From: Gammaproteobacteria bacterium
GTDB lineage: Bacteria; Pseudomonadota; Gammaproteobacteria; GCA-001735895
Assembly: GCA_029862125.1 (NCBI GenBank)
Contig: JAOTXY010000008.1
Coordinates: 1,411-65,410, forward strand
DNA length: 64,000 bases
Direction: 5' to 3'
Positions 37,568 through 47,063 of the stretch are shown piece after piece. Within the stretch, counting starts at the first letter, position 1, and each line of letters starts with the position of its first letter. The position numbers were made by a program, and so were the translations under genes. The notes below the pieces were generated by a model. That model worked only from the letters and a program-made list of their open reading frames with translations. It was not told where the DNA came from and searched no databases.

Positions 37568-38536
37568 ATGCGCCTAATGCCGTCAAAGAAGACCAGGATA
37601 CTGGCACTCGTCGGAATATTGTTCGGGGTCCTGGTGTACAAGTTTGCCATTTCTGCCGGACCTTCAAACGGTTTCGATCTGTCCAATGCCACCCTGCCAC
37701 GCGAAGAGATCTTGCATGGCGGACCACCGCGTGATGGTATCCCCGCATTATCCAACCCGAAGCTGATTGCCGCGGTGGATGCGGAATACCTTAAACCCAC
37801 TGACCGGGTTGTCGGAGTTACCCTTAAAGACCAGTCCCGGGCATATCCAATTGCCATCCTCAACTGGCATGAAATCGTTAACGATGAAATTGGCGGGCAA
37901 AGATTCGCGGTCACCTACTGCCCGCTTTGTGGAACCGCGGTTGCATTCGATGCGACCATCGATGGCAGACCCACCGATTTTGGTGTATCAGGGCTACTCT
38001 ATAACAGCGATGTCCTGCTCTACGACCGAGATACCGAATCGCTATGGTCACAGATCTTAAGCGAATCCGTGTCGGGAAAACGGGTCGGTCAAAAGTTAAC
38101 CCCCATACCCATCAGCCATACGACCTGGCGGGGCTGGCTCGAACAGCATCCCGATACGATGGTGCTATCCGACGATACCGGGCATTCTCGTGATTATCAA
38201 CGTGATCCCTATGCCGGTTACGAGGAGTCCAGGCACACCTATTTCGCGGTTAATAATGAAGCGCCTGATACCTATCATCCCAAGGAAATCGTGGTAGGAC
38301 TGGAAGTTGACGGAGTCTACAAGGCCTACCCGTTTATCGAGCTCGACAAGCAGGGCAAGAACCAGTTCAGCGACAATGTAAACGGCACCCGTTTTGACTT
38401 TGCATGGGATACCGAAAACCGCAGTATCACCATCACCGATACCGGGGGCCAGGAAGTTGCGAGCATTCAGGGCTTCTGGTTTGCGTGGTTCGCATTCCAC
38501 CCCGATACCGAAATCTTCAAGGGATCGGGCACATAA
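37568..38536 (+). CDS. DUF3179-family protein with an N-terminal TM/signal anchor
   Basis: …YCPLCGTAVAFD… and the overall pattern match DUF3179. Confidence 0.55.
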   Translation: MRLMPSKKTRILALVGILFGVLVYKFAISAGPSNGFDLSNATLPREEILHGGPPRDGIPALSNPKLIAAVDAEYLKPTDRVVGVTLKDQSRAYPIAILNWHEIVNDEIGGQRFAVTYCPLCGTAVAFDATIDGRPTDFGVSGLLYNSDVLLYDRDTESLWSQILSESVSGKRVGQKLTPIPISHTTWRGWLEQHPDTMVLSDDTGHSRDYQRDPYAGYEESRHTYFAVNNEAPDTYHPKEIVVGLEVDGVYKAYPFIELDKQGKNQFSDNVNGTRFDFAWDTENRSITITDTGGQEVASIQGFWFAWFAFHPDTEIFKGSGT

Positions 38537-38617
38537 GGCGACAGGACACAATATTGTTAAGCTGGGATTAACCGCAACCGGATAATGTGACAGAATGTAA
38601 TCATTTTCTGGTTCAAC

Positions 38618-40801
38618 TTGCTGCGCAAACGTTATCTTCTATTTGCAGGTCTGATACCTGCGCTTTTCGCCCAGCCCGGCTTAGCAGCGGAAGACTGGAA
38701 TCTGTGCCGTATTCCATCGTTTAATTTTCTGCAAGCAGAAACTTCCGCATCCGACGAAACAATAATCGAAGCGCAGACCGTTGTCGGTGAAGACAGCGAG
38801 TCAATCCACCTGACAGGTGATGTCAACCTAACCCGGGCACAGCAGAAAATATTCGCCGACGACATCCACTTTAACAAATCGACCGAGTCCATCAGCGCCA
38901 CGGGAAAGGTGGAGTTTGCAGATCCTAACTACCGCTTGCAAAGTCCGAGCGTGCAGATCGATAATCAAAACGATAGCGCGATTTTCGAACAACCTGTATT
39001 CGAATTGTCGGGCCGACATGCGCGCGGCGAAGCCCAGAAAATAGAGAAGCTCGACCAGTATCGCAGTCGATTCAGCGAACTTACCTACACTTCCTGTGAT
39101 CCGGACGACAGGGACTGGCACCTGCGAGCGGCCGAACTCGAGATCGACGATGAAAGCGGTCGCGGTAGCGCAAAGCACACCACGATTTACTTTCAGGAAG
39201 TCCCATTTCTTTACCTGCCCTATTTCCAGTTTCCGGTAGATGATCGTCGAATGTCGGGTATGCTTGCGCCGACAATCGGCTACGACGAAACAAATGGCGC
39301 CAGCCTTGTGGTTCCGGTTTACTGGAATATTGCACCAAATTATGACATGACCATTACCCCGGCCTCGTTGGGAAAGCTCGGTTTGCAGCTCAATACTGAA
39401 AACCGCTACCTGTTCGAATCCCATCAGGGGGAACTGGATTTATCCTATCTCGATGATGAAAATCTGGAGGAATTGCGCTGGTTTAAGCAATGGCATCATA
39501 GAACATCGTTTGCTTATGACGTCAACGGTGACCTGCTACTGGCCGAAGTCTCAGACCGTGACTTTTTTGACGACTTCGAAAGCGTCGCTCCCAGGTATAA
39601 CGATATCCGCCACCTCGAGCGACATCTGAGTTTCACTCGCAGTGGCGAGATCTGGAATAGCAAGCTGCTGTGGCAAGATTACCAGACCCTCGATGAAAGT
39701 TCGTCAATTACAAGTCGCCCTTACAGCCGATTGCCGAGCATTACCCTGGATGCTCAACCCGAACCGTGGATAGGAGATCTGCAAACACCCATGTACTTGG
39801 AGATTACCAGTTTTGATCGAGATGAAAGCGTTACCGGCAACCGTACCCATGTCATAACTTCGCTACTTTGGAATGCTGCAGATAGCTGGTACTTCTTTGA
39901 ACCTGAATTACAGCTCGCTTTCACCGATTATCAACTCGACGACAATCCGGGTGATAACTCGATATACAGAGGCTTACCTACCTTAAGCATCGACACTGGA
40001 CTCATTTTTGAACGCCTTACCGGATCAAGAAATCAATGGCTACAAACCCTGGAACCGCGCCTCTATTTCCTGCATACACCTTTCGAGGATCAGGATGACA
40101 TTCCTGACTTTGATACTTCGTTGAGCTCCAGCACTTATAATAATTTATTCAAAAACAATCGTTTCACCGGTGCTGACCGAATCGGAGATGCAAACCAGGT
40201 CACCTTTGGCCTGGCGAGTCGTATATTTGATAATGATAGTGGTGCCGAACTGCTAAATGCACGTATCGGGCAAGCTTTCTACTTCAAGGACCGACGTGTG
40301 AGTCTCGATGGCAGTCTGGATGAGGAAACCAAATCCGATGCAATCGCTGAACTCGATGTCTGGCCTAATTCCAGAACGAAAATTGCGGCACGCACAGTGT
40401 ACGACCAGGATCAGAGCGAACTATCCGATAAGGAACTGTCAGTGAATTACAGTGGCAATGGTTTGGCGGCAAACCTGGGTTATTATTTTAGCGAAGGAGA
40501 CCTTGAACAAGCCCTGGTTTCGATGGTGTATCCGGTAAACGAACGTTGGACTTTGATAGGCAAGTACCAGCGCTCATTGCTATTTGATCGGCCGATAGAG
40601 AAATTGTTAGGGATTAACTATGAATCCTGTTGCTGGGGCCTTAAAATACTGGCCCGTGAATCCGCAGATGAAGACGAAGATTTCATCGAACCAGAAAAAA
40701 GTATTTATTTCGAGATAACCTTCAAAGGTTTAAGCCAGCTGGGCCGGGATATTGACCAGCAGCTAGGCGGCGCGATTCCCGGCTATAGACCTGGTTTCTG
40801 A
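38618..40801 (+). CDS. lptD: LPS-assembly protein LptD
   Basis: 727 aa with a signal peptide and OstA N-terminal and LptD beta-barrel regions. It heads the lptD-surA-pdxA-rsmA operon. Confidence 0.9.
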   Translation: MLRKRYLLFAGLIPALFAQPGLAAEDWNLCRIPSFNFLQAETSASDETIIEAQTVVGEDSESIHLTGDVNLTRAQQKIFADDIHFNKSTESISATGKVEFADPNYRLQSPSVQIDNQNDSAIFEQPVFELSGRHARGEAQKIEKLDQYRSRFSELTYTSCDPDDRDWHLRAAELEIDDESGRGSAKHTTIYFQEVPFLYLPYFQFPVDDRRMSGMLAPTIGYDETNGASLVVPVYWNIAPNYDMTITPASLGKLGLQLNTENRYLFESHQGELDLSYLDDENLEELRWFKQWHHRTSFAYDVNGDLLLAEVSDRDFFDDFESVAPRYNDIRHLERHLSFTRSGEIWNSKLLWQDYQTLDESSSITSRPYSRLPSITLDAQPEPWIGDLQTPMYLEITSFDRDESVTGNRTHVITSLLWNAADSWYFFEPELQLAFTDYQLDDNPGDNSIYRGLPTLSIDTGLIFERLTGSRNQWLQTLEPRLYFLHTPFEDQDDIPDFDTSLSSSTYNNLFKNNRFTGADRIGDANQVTFGLASRIFDNDSGAELLNARIGQAFYFKDRRVSLDGSLDEETKSDAIAELDVWPNSRTKIAARTVYDQDQSELSDKELSVNYSGNGLAANLGYYFSEGDLEQALVSMVYPVNERWTLIGKYQRSLLFDRPIEKLLGINYESCCWGLKILARESADEDEDFIEPEKSIYFEITFKGLSQLGRDIDQQLGGAIPGYRPGF

Positions 40802-40819
40802 TGTAAAGTAGGCAAACTA

Positions 40820-42112
40820 ATGAACAAATTCCGCTTAGTACTCACTCTTGTTGGCACGCTGTTGCTGCTGCAGCCTGCCGTTGCAGCACAGATATCACTC
40901 GACTCAATCGTCGCGATCGTCGATGAAAGCGTCATTACCAGGCGTGAGCTAAGCGATCGAATCAAGTTGTTTAAGGCCGAATTCCAGCAGTCAAACCGAA
41001 GCTTGCCCAGAGCCGATGTGTTAGAGCGACAGGTGCTTGAAGCCCTGATCAACGACTCACTGTTATTGCAGGAAGCCAGGCGTCGCGGGGTCAAGATTAC
41101 CGACGGCCAACTCAACCAGACAATGCAGCGATTAGCGCGCCAAAATAAAATGAACCTGTCAGAATTTCGTGACGCCGTCATTGCCGATGGACAGGATTAT
41201 GACACCTATCGCGAAACTGTTCGTCGAGAGCTAACCATTAGTGCCTTGAGCCGTCAGTATAGCCTGCGCAACGCGACTATTAGCGATAGCGAAATTGATG
41301 ATTTCATGAAGCTAAGTGGTGAGGATGAAGCTAATTACGAATACCGTCTGTCACATATTCTTATCGCCTTGCCCGATGCCGCCACTCCCGAGCAGGTTAG
41401 CGAGGCACAGCAATTCGTCAGCGAAATTTTGACAGAACTCGATCAGGGTGCCCAATTCGACCAACTCGCCAATACTTACTCGGCCGGTGAAACGGCGTTG
41501 CAGGGAGGCGACCTGGGTTGGCGTAAGAAAGCCGGAATTCCAAGCCTGTTCACAACCCAGATACTGGCAATGGAACCGGGTGACCATGCCGGTCCGATTC
41601 GCAGTGCCAGCGGGTTTCACATTGTGCATCTCAAGGAACGCCGTAATCTCGAACAAACCATATCCCGGCAGACTCGCACGCGGCATATATTAATCAAACC
41701 CAATGAATTGATTTCCGATGACGAAGCGCGCAAACGACTGCTTGAATTCCGCAGCAGAATCGAGGCCGGGGAAGACTTCGCGAGGCTGGCTAAACTTTAT
41801 TCGGTAGATTACAACTCCGGGTCGGATGGGGGCGATATCGGATGGATGGATCCCGGTGCCACCGTCAAGGAATACGAGACCGCGGCGAATCAACTTAAAG
41901 AGGGTGAACTCAGCCAGCCCGTCCGCAGTCAATTTGGCTGGCACCTGATTGAAGTTACCGGCCGCCGCGAGGTTGACGAGACCGAGCAGAACAAGCGCAA
42001 AAAAATATATTCGCAGTTACTCGAACAGAAGCAACGTGAGGTGTTTGATCTGTGGAAACGTCGCTTAAGGGACGAAGCCTATGTCGTCTTTCCCCAAAAA
42101 CCTGATGCATGA
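40820..42112 (+). CDS. surA: Periplasmic chaperone / peptidyl-prolyl isomerase SurA
   Basis: A signal peptide and two parvulin domains (…GGDLGW…). Confidence 0.9.
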   Translation: MNKFRLVLTLVGTLLLLQPAVAAQISLDSIVAIVDESVITRRELSDRIKLFKAEFQQSNRSLPRADVLERQVLEALINDSLLLQEARRRGVKITDGQLNQTMQRLARQNKMNLSEFRDAVIADGQDYDTYRETVRRELTISALSRQYSLRNATISDSEIDDFMKLSGEDEANYEYRLSHILIALPDAATPEQVSEAQQFVSEILTELDQGAQFDQLANTYSAGETALQGGDLGWRKKAGIPSLFTTQILAMEPGDHAGPIRSASGFHIVHLKERRNLEQTISRQTRTRHILIKPNELISDDEARKRLLEFRSRIEAGEDFARLAKLYSVDYNSGSDGGDIGWMDPGATVKEYETAANQLKEGELSQPVRSQFGWHLIEVTGRREVDETEQNKRKKIYSQLLEQKQREVFDLWKRRLRDEAYVVFPQKPDA

Positions 42113-43097
42113 AGTCAGGATCATAATTACCTCTGGTGAACCCGCGGGTATCGGCCCGGACATTATTGCAAGTCTTAATCCCGCCAGTTTCGATGCGCGG
42201 CTGGTTGTTATCGGTGATCGCGAAATGATGCATTCAAGAGCCGATTCGCTGGGATCAAAATTTAGATTCGTCGACTTTGATGCGGCTACGAACCCTGCCG
42301 ATTCTATCGAGATTATCCATCAGCCTCTCGAGCAACCCTGTGTACCAGGAAAACTTGATAGCGCCAACGCAAAATACGTGCTGACACTCCTCGAAACCGC
42401 CTGCAAGGCCTGTCTCGACAATCGGTTCGACGCCATGGTAACGGCTCCGGTCCAAAAGGAGGTCATTAATCGCGCCGGAATATCTTTCTCCGGGCACACC
42501 GAATACCTGGCCGACATCTGCAAATCGCCCCGACCGGTAATGCTGCTTATTGCCGAAAAGCTTAAAGTCGCACTGGTAACGACACATTTACCGCTACGCC
42601 AGGTTGCCGATGCAATCGACGAGCAGTCGATCAGACAGGTAATCGAAATTCTCGACCTTGATTTACGCAACCACTTTGGAATCCGGAATCCGCATATCAA
42701 GGTGGCCGGCCTCAATCCCCATGCCGGTGAAAACGGGTACCTTGGACGCGAAGAAATCGAAATAATTATTCCCGTTCTCGATAAGCTGAAGTCCGAAGGC
42801 ATCAACCTGGGCGGGCCCTATCCCGCCGACACTTTATTTACACCCCACATGTTGGCGGATGCCGACGCGGTGGTGGCGATGTATCACGACCAGGGATTAC
42901 CGGTACTGAAACATGTCGGTTTTCATAACGCGGTTAATACCACCCTGGGATTACCGATCATTCGAACCTCGGTTGACCACGGAACCGCGCTCGACCTGGC
43001 AGGAACAACAGCAGCCAGGCCCGATAGCCTGTTCGCGGCAATCAATTCAGCAATATTACAAGCACATAACAAGCAGCAGAATGCCCCAGGCACGTAA
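42105..43097 (+). CDS. pdxA: 4-hydroxythreonine-4-phosphate dehydrogenase
   Basis: …ITSGEPAGIGPDI… and …HTEYLA…. The start is taken at the ATG that overlaps the surA stop by 8 nt; 42081 is an alternative. Confidence 0.85.
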   Translation: MHEVRIIITSGEPAGIGPDIIASLNPASFDARLVVIGDREMMHSRADSLGSKFRFVDFDAATNPADSIEIIHQPLEQPCVPGKLDSANAKYVLTLLETACKACLDNRFDAMVTAPVQKEVINRAGISFSGHTEYLADICKSPRPVMLLIAEKLKVALVTTHLPLRQVADAIDEQSIRQVIEILDLDLRNHFGIRNPHIKVAGLNPHAGENGYLGREEIEIIIPVLDKLKSEGINLGGPYPADTLFTPHMLADADAVVAMYHDQGLPVLKHVGFHNAVNTTLGLPIIRTSVDHGTALDLAGTTAARPDSLFAAINSAILQAHNKQQNAPGT

Positions 43098-43854
43098 ACG
43101 CTTCGGGCAGCATTTCCTGCATGACCAGAGCATTATCGAATCCATTCTGCGTGCGCTCGATCCACAGCCTGGTGAAAATATAATCGAGATTGGTCCCGGG
43201 CGCGGTGCCTTAACTTACCCCTTGCTACAGCGCTGCGAAACCCTGACTGCGATCGAGCTGGACCGGGACCTGGTGTCAATTTTAAAGCAACAGGCATCTC
43301 GCTTCGGCACGCTGGAAGTAATCAATGCCGACATACTTGAATTCGAACTATCAGGTATCCCGCACGGGGAAGACTTTCGCCTGGTGGGTAATCTTCCATA
43401 CAACATTTCTACCCCGCTCATGTTTCACTTGCTCGAGTCGGCACAAAACATTCGGGACATGCATTTCATGGTGCAAAAGGAAGTGGCGTTACGAATCGTT
43501 GCCCATCCCGGGGAAGCCAACTACGGCCGCCTTTCAGTGATGCTGCAGTATCGATGCGATTGCCAGTACCTGTTAGACGTTGCTCCATCCTGTTTTAAAC
43601 CGCCCCCCAAGGTCGATTCCGCGGTCATTCGCCTGGTACCTTTCAGCGAACCCCTGCAGGATGTTGGCGACTACAGGAATTTTTCCAGGATTGTGCAATC
43701 GGCTTTTGGCCAACGCAGAAAGACTATTTCAAATTCGCTGAAATCAATACTGGATCGTGAAACAATTATTGCCTGCGAGATCGACCCGGGGTTGCGAGCC
43801 GAGAACCTTGCAATTTCAGATTTCGCCAAACTCAGCAGAGCCTTTACAGCATGA
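43081..43854 (+). CDS. rsmA: 16S rRNA (adenine1518-N6/adenine1519-N6)-dimethyltransferase
   Basis: …KRFGQHFLHD…, …EIGPGRGALT… and …GNLPYNISTP…. The start overlaps the pdxA 3' end. Confidence 0.9.
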   Translation: MPQARKRFGQHFLHDQSIIESILRALDPQPGENIIEIGPGRGALTYPLLQRCETLTAIELDRDLVSILKQQASRFGTLEVINADILEFELSGIPHGEDFRLVGNLPYNISTPLMFHLLESAQNIRDMHFMVQKEVALRIVAHPGEANYGRLSVMLQYRCDCQYLLDVAPSCFKPPPKVDSAVIRLVPFSEPLQDVGDYRNFSRIVQSAFGQRRKTISNSLKSILDRETIIACEIDPGLRAENLAISDFAKLSRAFTA

Positions 43855-44342
43855 CCAGACTTTCCCTGATCGTCGCAATGGACGATAACCGCCTGATCGG
43901 AAATAAAAACAAATTGCCCTGGCACCTGCCGGCCGATCTCGCATTCTTCAAGCGCACGACTATGGGCAAGCCAATCGTCATGGGACGTAAAACTTTCCAA
44001 TCAATCGGCAAACCACTACCAGGTCGCCGTAACATTATCATTACCAGGGATACTGCCTTCAGCGCCCCGGGTTGTGTGGTCGCCGGCAGTATCGAGGCCG
44101 CGATGGTACTGACCAGGGAAGATGACGAAGTTATGCTGATCGGTGGCGCGAGTTTGTATCAACAAGCCTTAGCCCGGGCAACGCAACTCTACATTACTCG
44201 AATCCATCACAGTTTCGAGGGTGATACCTGGTTTCCGGAAATCAATCTGGGCGAATGGAAAGAACAAAATCGTGAAGACTTTGAAGCAGATCACAGCAAC
44301 CAGTATGCGTATTCGTTTATTAAATATGTACGGGAATTTTGA
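43851..44342 (+). CDS. folA: Dihydrofolate reductase
   Basis: …LIVAMDDNRLIGNKNKLPWHLPADLAFFKRTTMGKPIVMGRKTF…. Confidence 0.9.
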   Translation: MTRLSLIVAMDDNRLIGNKNKLPWHLPADLAFFKRTTMGKPIVMGRKTFQSIGKPLPGRRNIIITRDTAFSAPGCVVAGSIEAAMVLTREDDEVMLIGGASLYQQALARATQLYITRIHHSFEGDTWFPEINLGEWKEQNREDFEADHSNQYAYSFIKYVREF

Positions 44343-44391
44343 ACTAATTTAAGGTAGACTGATTCGCCCGGATGTAGGAGGGACAACCTGA

Positions 44392-44709
44392 ATGGGCAAA
44401 GATCCACACGAGGAATTGCAGCGCATGGAAAGCCGCACTTATATTATCGGCAGAGAAGGTCATATCTATATCAATGACCCGACCGTCAGTAAGCAACACG
44501 CTGAAATACAGGTCGTCAAGGGCGAAGTATACCTGCGCGACCTCGGTTCGACCAACGGCACCTTCCTGATAAAGAACAATCGGCTGGTACCTTTCCACGA
44601 GGGCTATGTGCAGATACATCAGCCTATAGTATTGGGTAATCGCCAGTATACGATTCAAGGGTTGCTGGAAATTGCCGGGGCTTTTGCGGCGCAATACGAC
44701 GACTCTTAA
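44392..44709 (+). CDS. Small standalone FHA-domain protein (105 aa)
   Basis: …YIIGREGHIYINDPTVSKQHAEIQVVKGEVYLRDLGSTNGTFL… is a canonical FHA core (GR…SR.HA…D.GS.NGT). Confidence 0.7.
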   Translation: MGKDPHEELQRMESRTYIIGREGHIYINDPTVSKQHAEIQVVKGEVYLRDLGSTNGTFLIKNNRLVPFHEGYVQIHQPIVLGNRQYTIQGLLEIAGAFAAQYDDS

Positions 44710-44796
44710 GGTCTCATTTACTCCGCGATTGTCCTGATACCAGGCGGGCAAACACAAGTCAGGTAACTACGGTCCTGTCCCATAAATCAGCCCGGG

Positions 44797-45807
44797 CTAT
44801 ATTCCGACAGCAAGCAGTAACAGTCCTACTATCCAGATCCATGGAGAACTAGATGACTGCTCCTCCGCTTGGGACTTTGGTACTTCGACTTTATTAAAGC
44901 TTTGCACTTCATCCGCGTCTAGGAACCCTGCAGGTACCGGGGTCTCATCTTCAAGCACCAGTACCCCTGGTGTTGCCGTTCCATATTCACCCATGGCCAT
45001 CAGGATTCGAACATCGTCATCCGTAGACACCGAAATCGCCCCGTTGAGTACCACGGCATGTAACTTTGCATCAGGATCGTTACGACTGACGTTCTGGGTG
45101 CAGTCATCCTGTTTACACAGCTTGACAATATATTCGGTACCGCGAATACCGATGGTAGCGAACCCAGTTTGAACCTGGTAGTTGGCATGCGAACTTGCAC
45201 CGATGGAACCGGTTATTTTTCGTAGTCCCCCGCGAATGAGATCTAAAATGCTACTACTTTCCTTACCGTAGCCGGCGCTGATCACGTATTCGCTAATCTT
45301 CAGTGCCGAGTCTTCTTTTAAGTGAACCTCTGCGCCGTCGTCCATCAAGATATACAGGCGGGCGCCAACTTCTGTCTCCAGGCGATCGCCTTCAAAAATC
45401 TGGGAGTTGATTTGCAATTGATGTACCTTGCTATCGACGCCCCTGGATGTAGCCCGGCCGATTAGTTGCGCGACATAACCCACCTTGCTTTTTGGCGTCA
45501 ACTCTTCCTGCTCGTAGACTCGTTTAATATCCACCAATTTCAAACGCAAGCCGGGGATCAAGCGATCAGAATATTGAACAAATGAGTACGGATTAGTTTC
45601 GATCAACTTCGCCTTGATCTGCGGCCAGAGATCCTTGTCCTTGGGATAAATTCGTCGAATGATATCGTCGATCGACATGTCTTCGGAAATTTTCAGAATG
45701 ACACGCGACGATGGAACCAGTTCCACGTCAGCTGCATTTACCACCGGTTGATAAAAGGCATTCGACAAAAGCAGTAGCAGCAGGGTGAGGACTAGATTCC
45801 TGTTCAA
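44797..45807 (-). CDS. Signal-peptide protein with a LysM-like N-terminal region, a FecR domain and a C-terminal TM anchor
   Basis: A signal peptide (…NAFYQPVVNA), then a LysM/FimV-N-like segment. The FecR-like core (…IFEGDRLETEVGARLYILMDDGAEVHLKEDSAL…GIRGTEYIV) follows, with a hydrophobic C-terminus. It has a TTG start. Confidence 0.55.
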   Translation of the reverse strand: MNRNLVLTLLLLLLSNAFYQPVVNAADVELVPSSRVILKISEDMSIDDIIRRIYPKDKDLWPQIKAKLIETNPYSFVQYSDRLIPGLRLKLVDIKRVYEQEELTPKSKVGYVAQLIGRATSRGVDSKVHQLQINSQIFEGDRLETEVGARLYILMDDGAEVHLKEDSALKISEYVISAGYGKESSSILDLIRGGLRKITGSIGASSHANYQVQTGFATIGIRGTEYIVKLCKQDDCTQNVSRNDPDAKLHAVVLNGAISVSTDDDVRILMAMGEYGTATPGVLVLEDETPVPAGFLDADEVQSFNKVEVPKSQAEEQSSSSPWIWIVGLLLLAVGI

Positions 45808-46150
45808 GATTCATCACCTTCCATCAAGGTTATATCTTCCGCTTGTTGCAACGCATGGCTAACAAGACCTGTGGTGGCCCGTAAAATTGCGAGCTCGTTA
45901 TCATCAAACCGATCACTGGACATATTGTTGTTTACCTCGATAAACCCGTAAGTTTCCGCATTGTTAAACAACGGCACACGTATGAAAGCGTTGGTATTAA
46001 AACTAACGCTGGTATAGACAAACTATAGTTGTAAACCGACCAATAATGACGAAAAACGTCGTCTTGAAACGCTATCAGGTGACCAAATGTGAACTAATTT
46101 ACCTGCAATTACGGGCAGCTAAATACCGCTTTGCAAACTGATTGGGACTC
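45804..46150 (-). pseudogene. Decayed GAF-domain gene (YebR/MsrC-like or other single-domain GAF): one frameshift and two in-frame TAG codons
   Basis: The minus-strand translation gives MSLIVAKSIISLSPNQFAKRYLAARNCR*, then at +1 …LPVIAGKLVHIWSPDSVSRRRFSSLLVGLQL(TAG)FVYTSVSFNTNAFIRVPLFNNAETYGFIEVNNNMSSDRFDDNELAILRATTGLVSHALQQAEDITLMEGDES*. This resembles a GAF C-terminal half. The final TGA overlaps the TTG start of the FecR-like gene (TTGA). Confidence 0.4.
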
Positions 46151-46207
46151 AAAGAAATTATTGATTTCGCGACAATTAAGCTCATTTTCGGCGACGTTCG
46201 GGACAAG

Positions 46208-47056
46208 TTAGCTGGTTTTTATCAATTGTTCGTGTTTCTTCATGTATGAATCGACAAAGAACCATTCCTCGGCGTCAAAATCGACCCGCAACGCCACCAG
46301 GTGCCCGCCCCAGACACAGCCGCCGTCCAGTGCGAAGTAACGCCCATAACATCCTACCGGGAGCGTCGACCAGTGACCGAACATCACGCGAACATCGTCC
46401 CTGAGTGTTGCTTCCCACTGAAACCAGGGAATAAGTCCGCTGCGTATGTAACGACGCGGCGTGCGGTTGACCGTGAAGTCCAGATTCAGCTCGTGATCAA
46501 AATATCGCATGCGCGTAAACACATTGGTGATAAAACGCAAACGCTTCCCACCCTCGAGATCATCCGACCAGGCCGTGGGCTTGTTGCCATACATTTTTTT
46601 GAAAAACCAGGCAGCATCTTCACTATGGAGTACAGCCTCTACTTCACGGGCGAGTTTTCTCGCCTTGCTCAGACCCCAGGCAGGATGAATGCCGGCATGC
46701 ACCACGACGGCACCGTGTTCCTTGTCATAATGCAACAGGGGTTGCGATTTCAACCAGTCCATCAGCTCGCCACAATCGGGGCTGTTGAGTATCTTGCGCA
46801 AATCCCTGGAAACGCGAATTTTCTTGATGCCGTGATACAGCGCGAGCAAATGCAGGTCATGATTCCCCAGCACGGTAAGCGCGCTGTCGCCCAGAGATTT
46901 AACAAGACGCAAGGTCTGCAATGATTCCGGACCGCGGTTTACCAGGTCGCCACAAAACCAGAGCGTATCCTCGGCAGAATCGAAATTGATTTTCTCGAGT
47001 AAACGACAGAGCTCGCTATAGCAGCCCTGAATATCACCTATCGCGTATATCGCCAC
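46208..47056 (-). CDS. apaH: Bis(5'-nucleosyl)-tetraphosphatase (symmetrical) ApaH
   Basis: …VAIYAIGDIQGCYSEL…CGDLVNRGPES…GNHDLHLLA… is the metallophosphatase signature. I choose the GTG start matching the E. coli N-terminus, giving an 8-nt overlap with apaG. Confidence 0.85.
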   Translation of the reverse strand: MAIYAIGDIQGCYSELCRLLEKINFDSAEDTLWFCGDLVNRGPESLQTLRLVKSLGDSALTVLGNHDLHLLALYHGIKKIRVSRDLRKILNSPDCGELMDWLKSQPLLHYDKEHGAVVVHAGIHPAWGLSKARKLAREVEAVLHSEDAAWFFKKMYGNKPTAWSDDLEGGKRLRFITNVFTRMRYFDHELNLDFTVNRTPRRYIRSGLIPWFQWEATLRDDVRVMFGHWSTLPVGCYGRYFALDGGCVWGGHLVALRVDFDAEEWFFVDSYMKKHEQLIKTS

Positions 47057-47063
47057 TGGATAA

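Noticed and set aside
38828-39424. 198-aa minus-strand ORF inside lptD
   Set aside because: It is antisense to LptD.
44344-44757. 137-aa minus-strand ORF overlapping the small FHA gene
   Set aside because: The plus-strand frame encodes a textbook FHA core, and the minus-strand ORF has no recognisable features.
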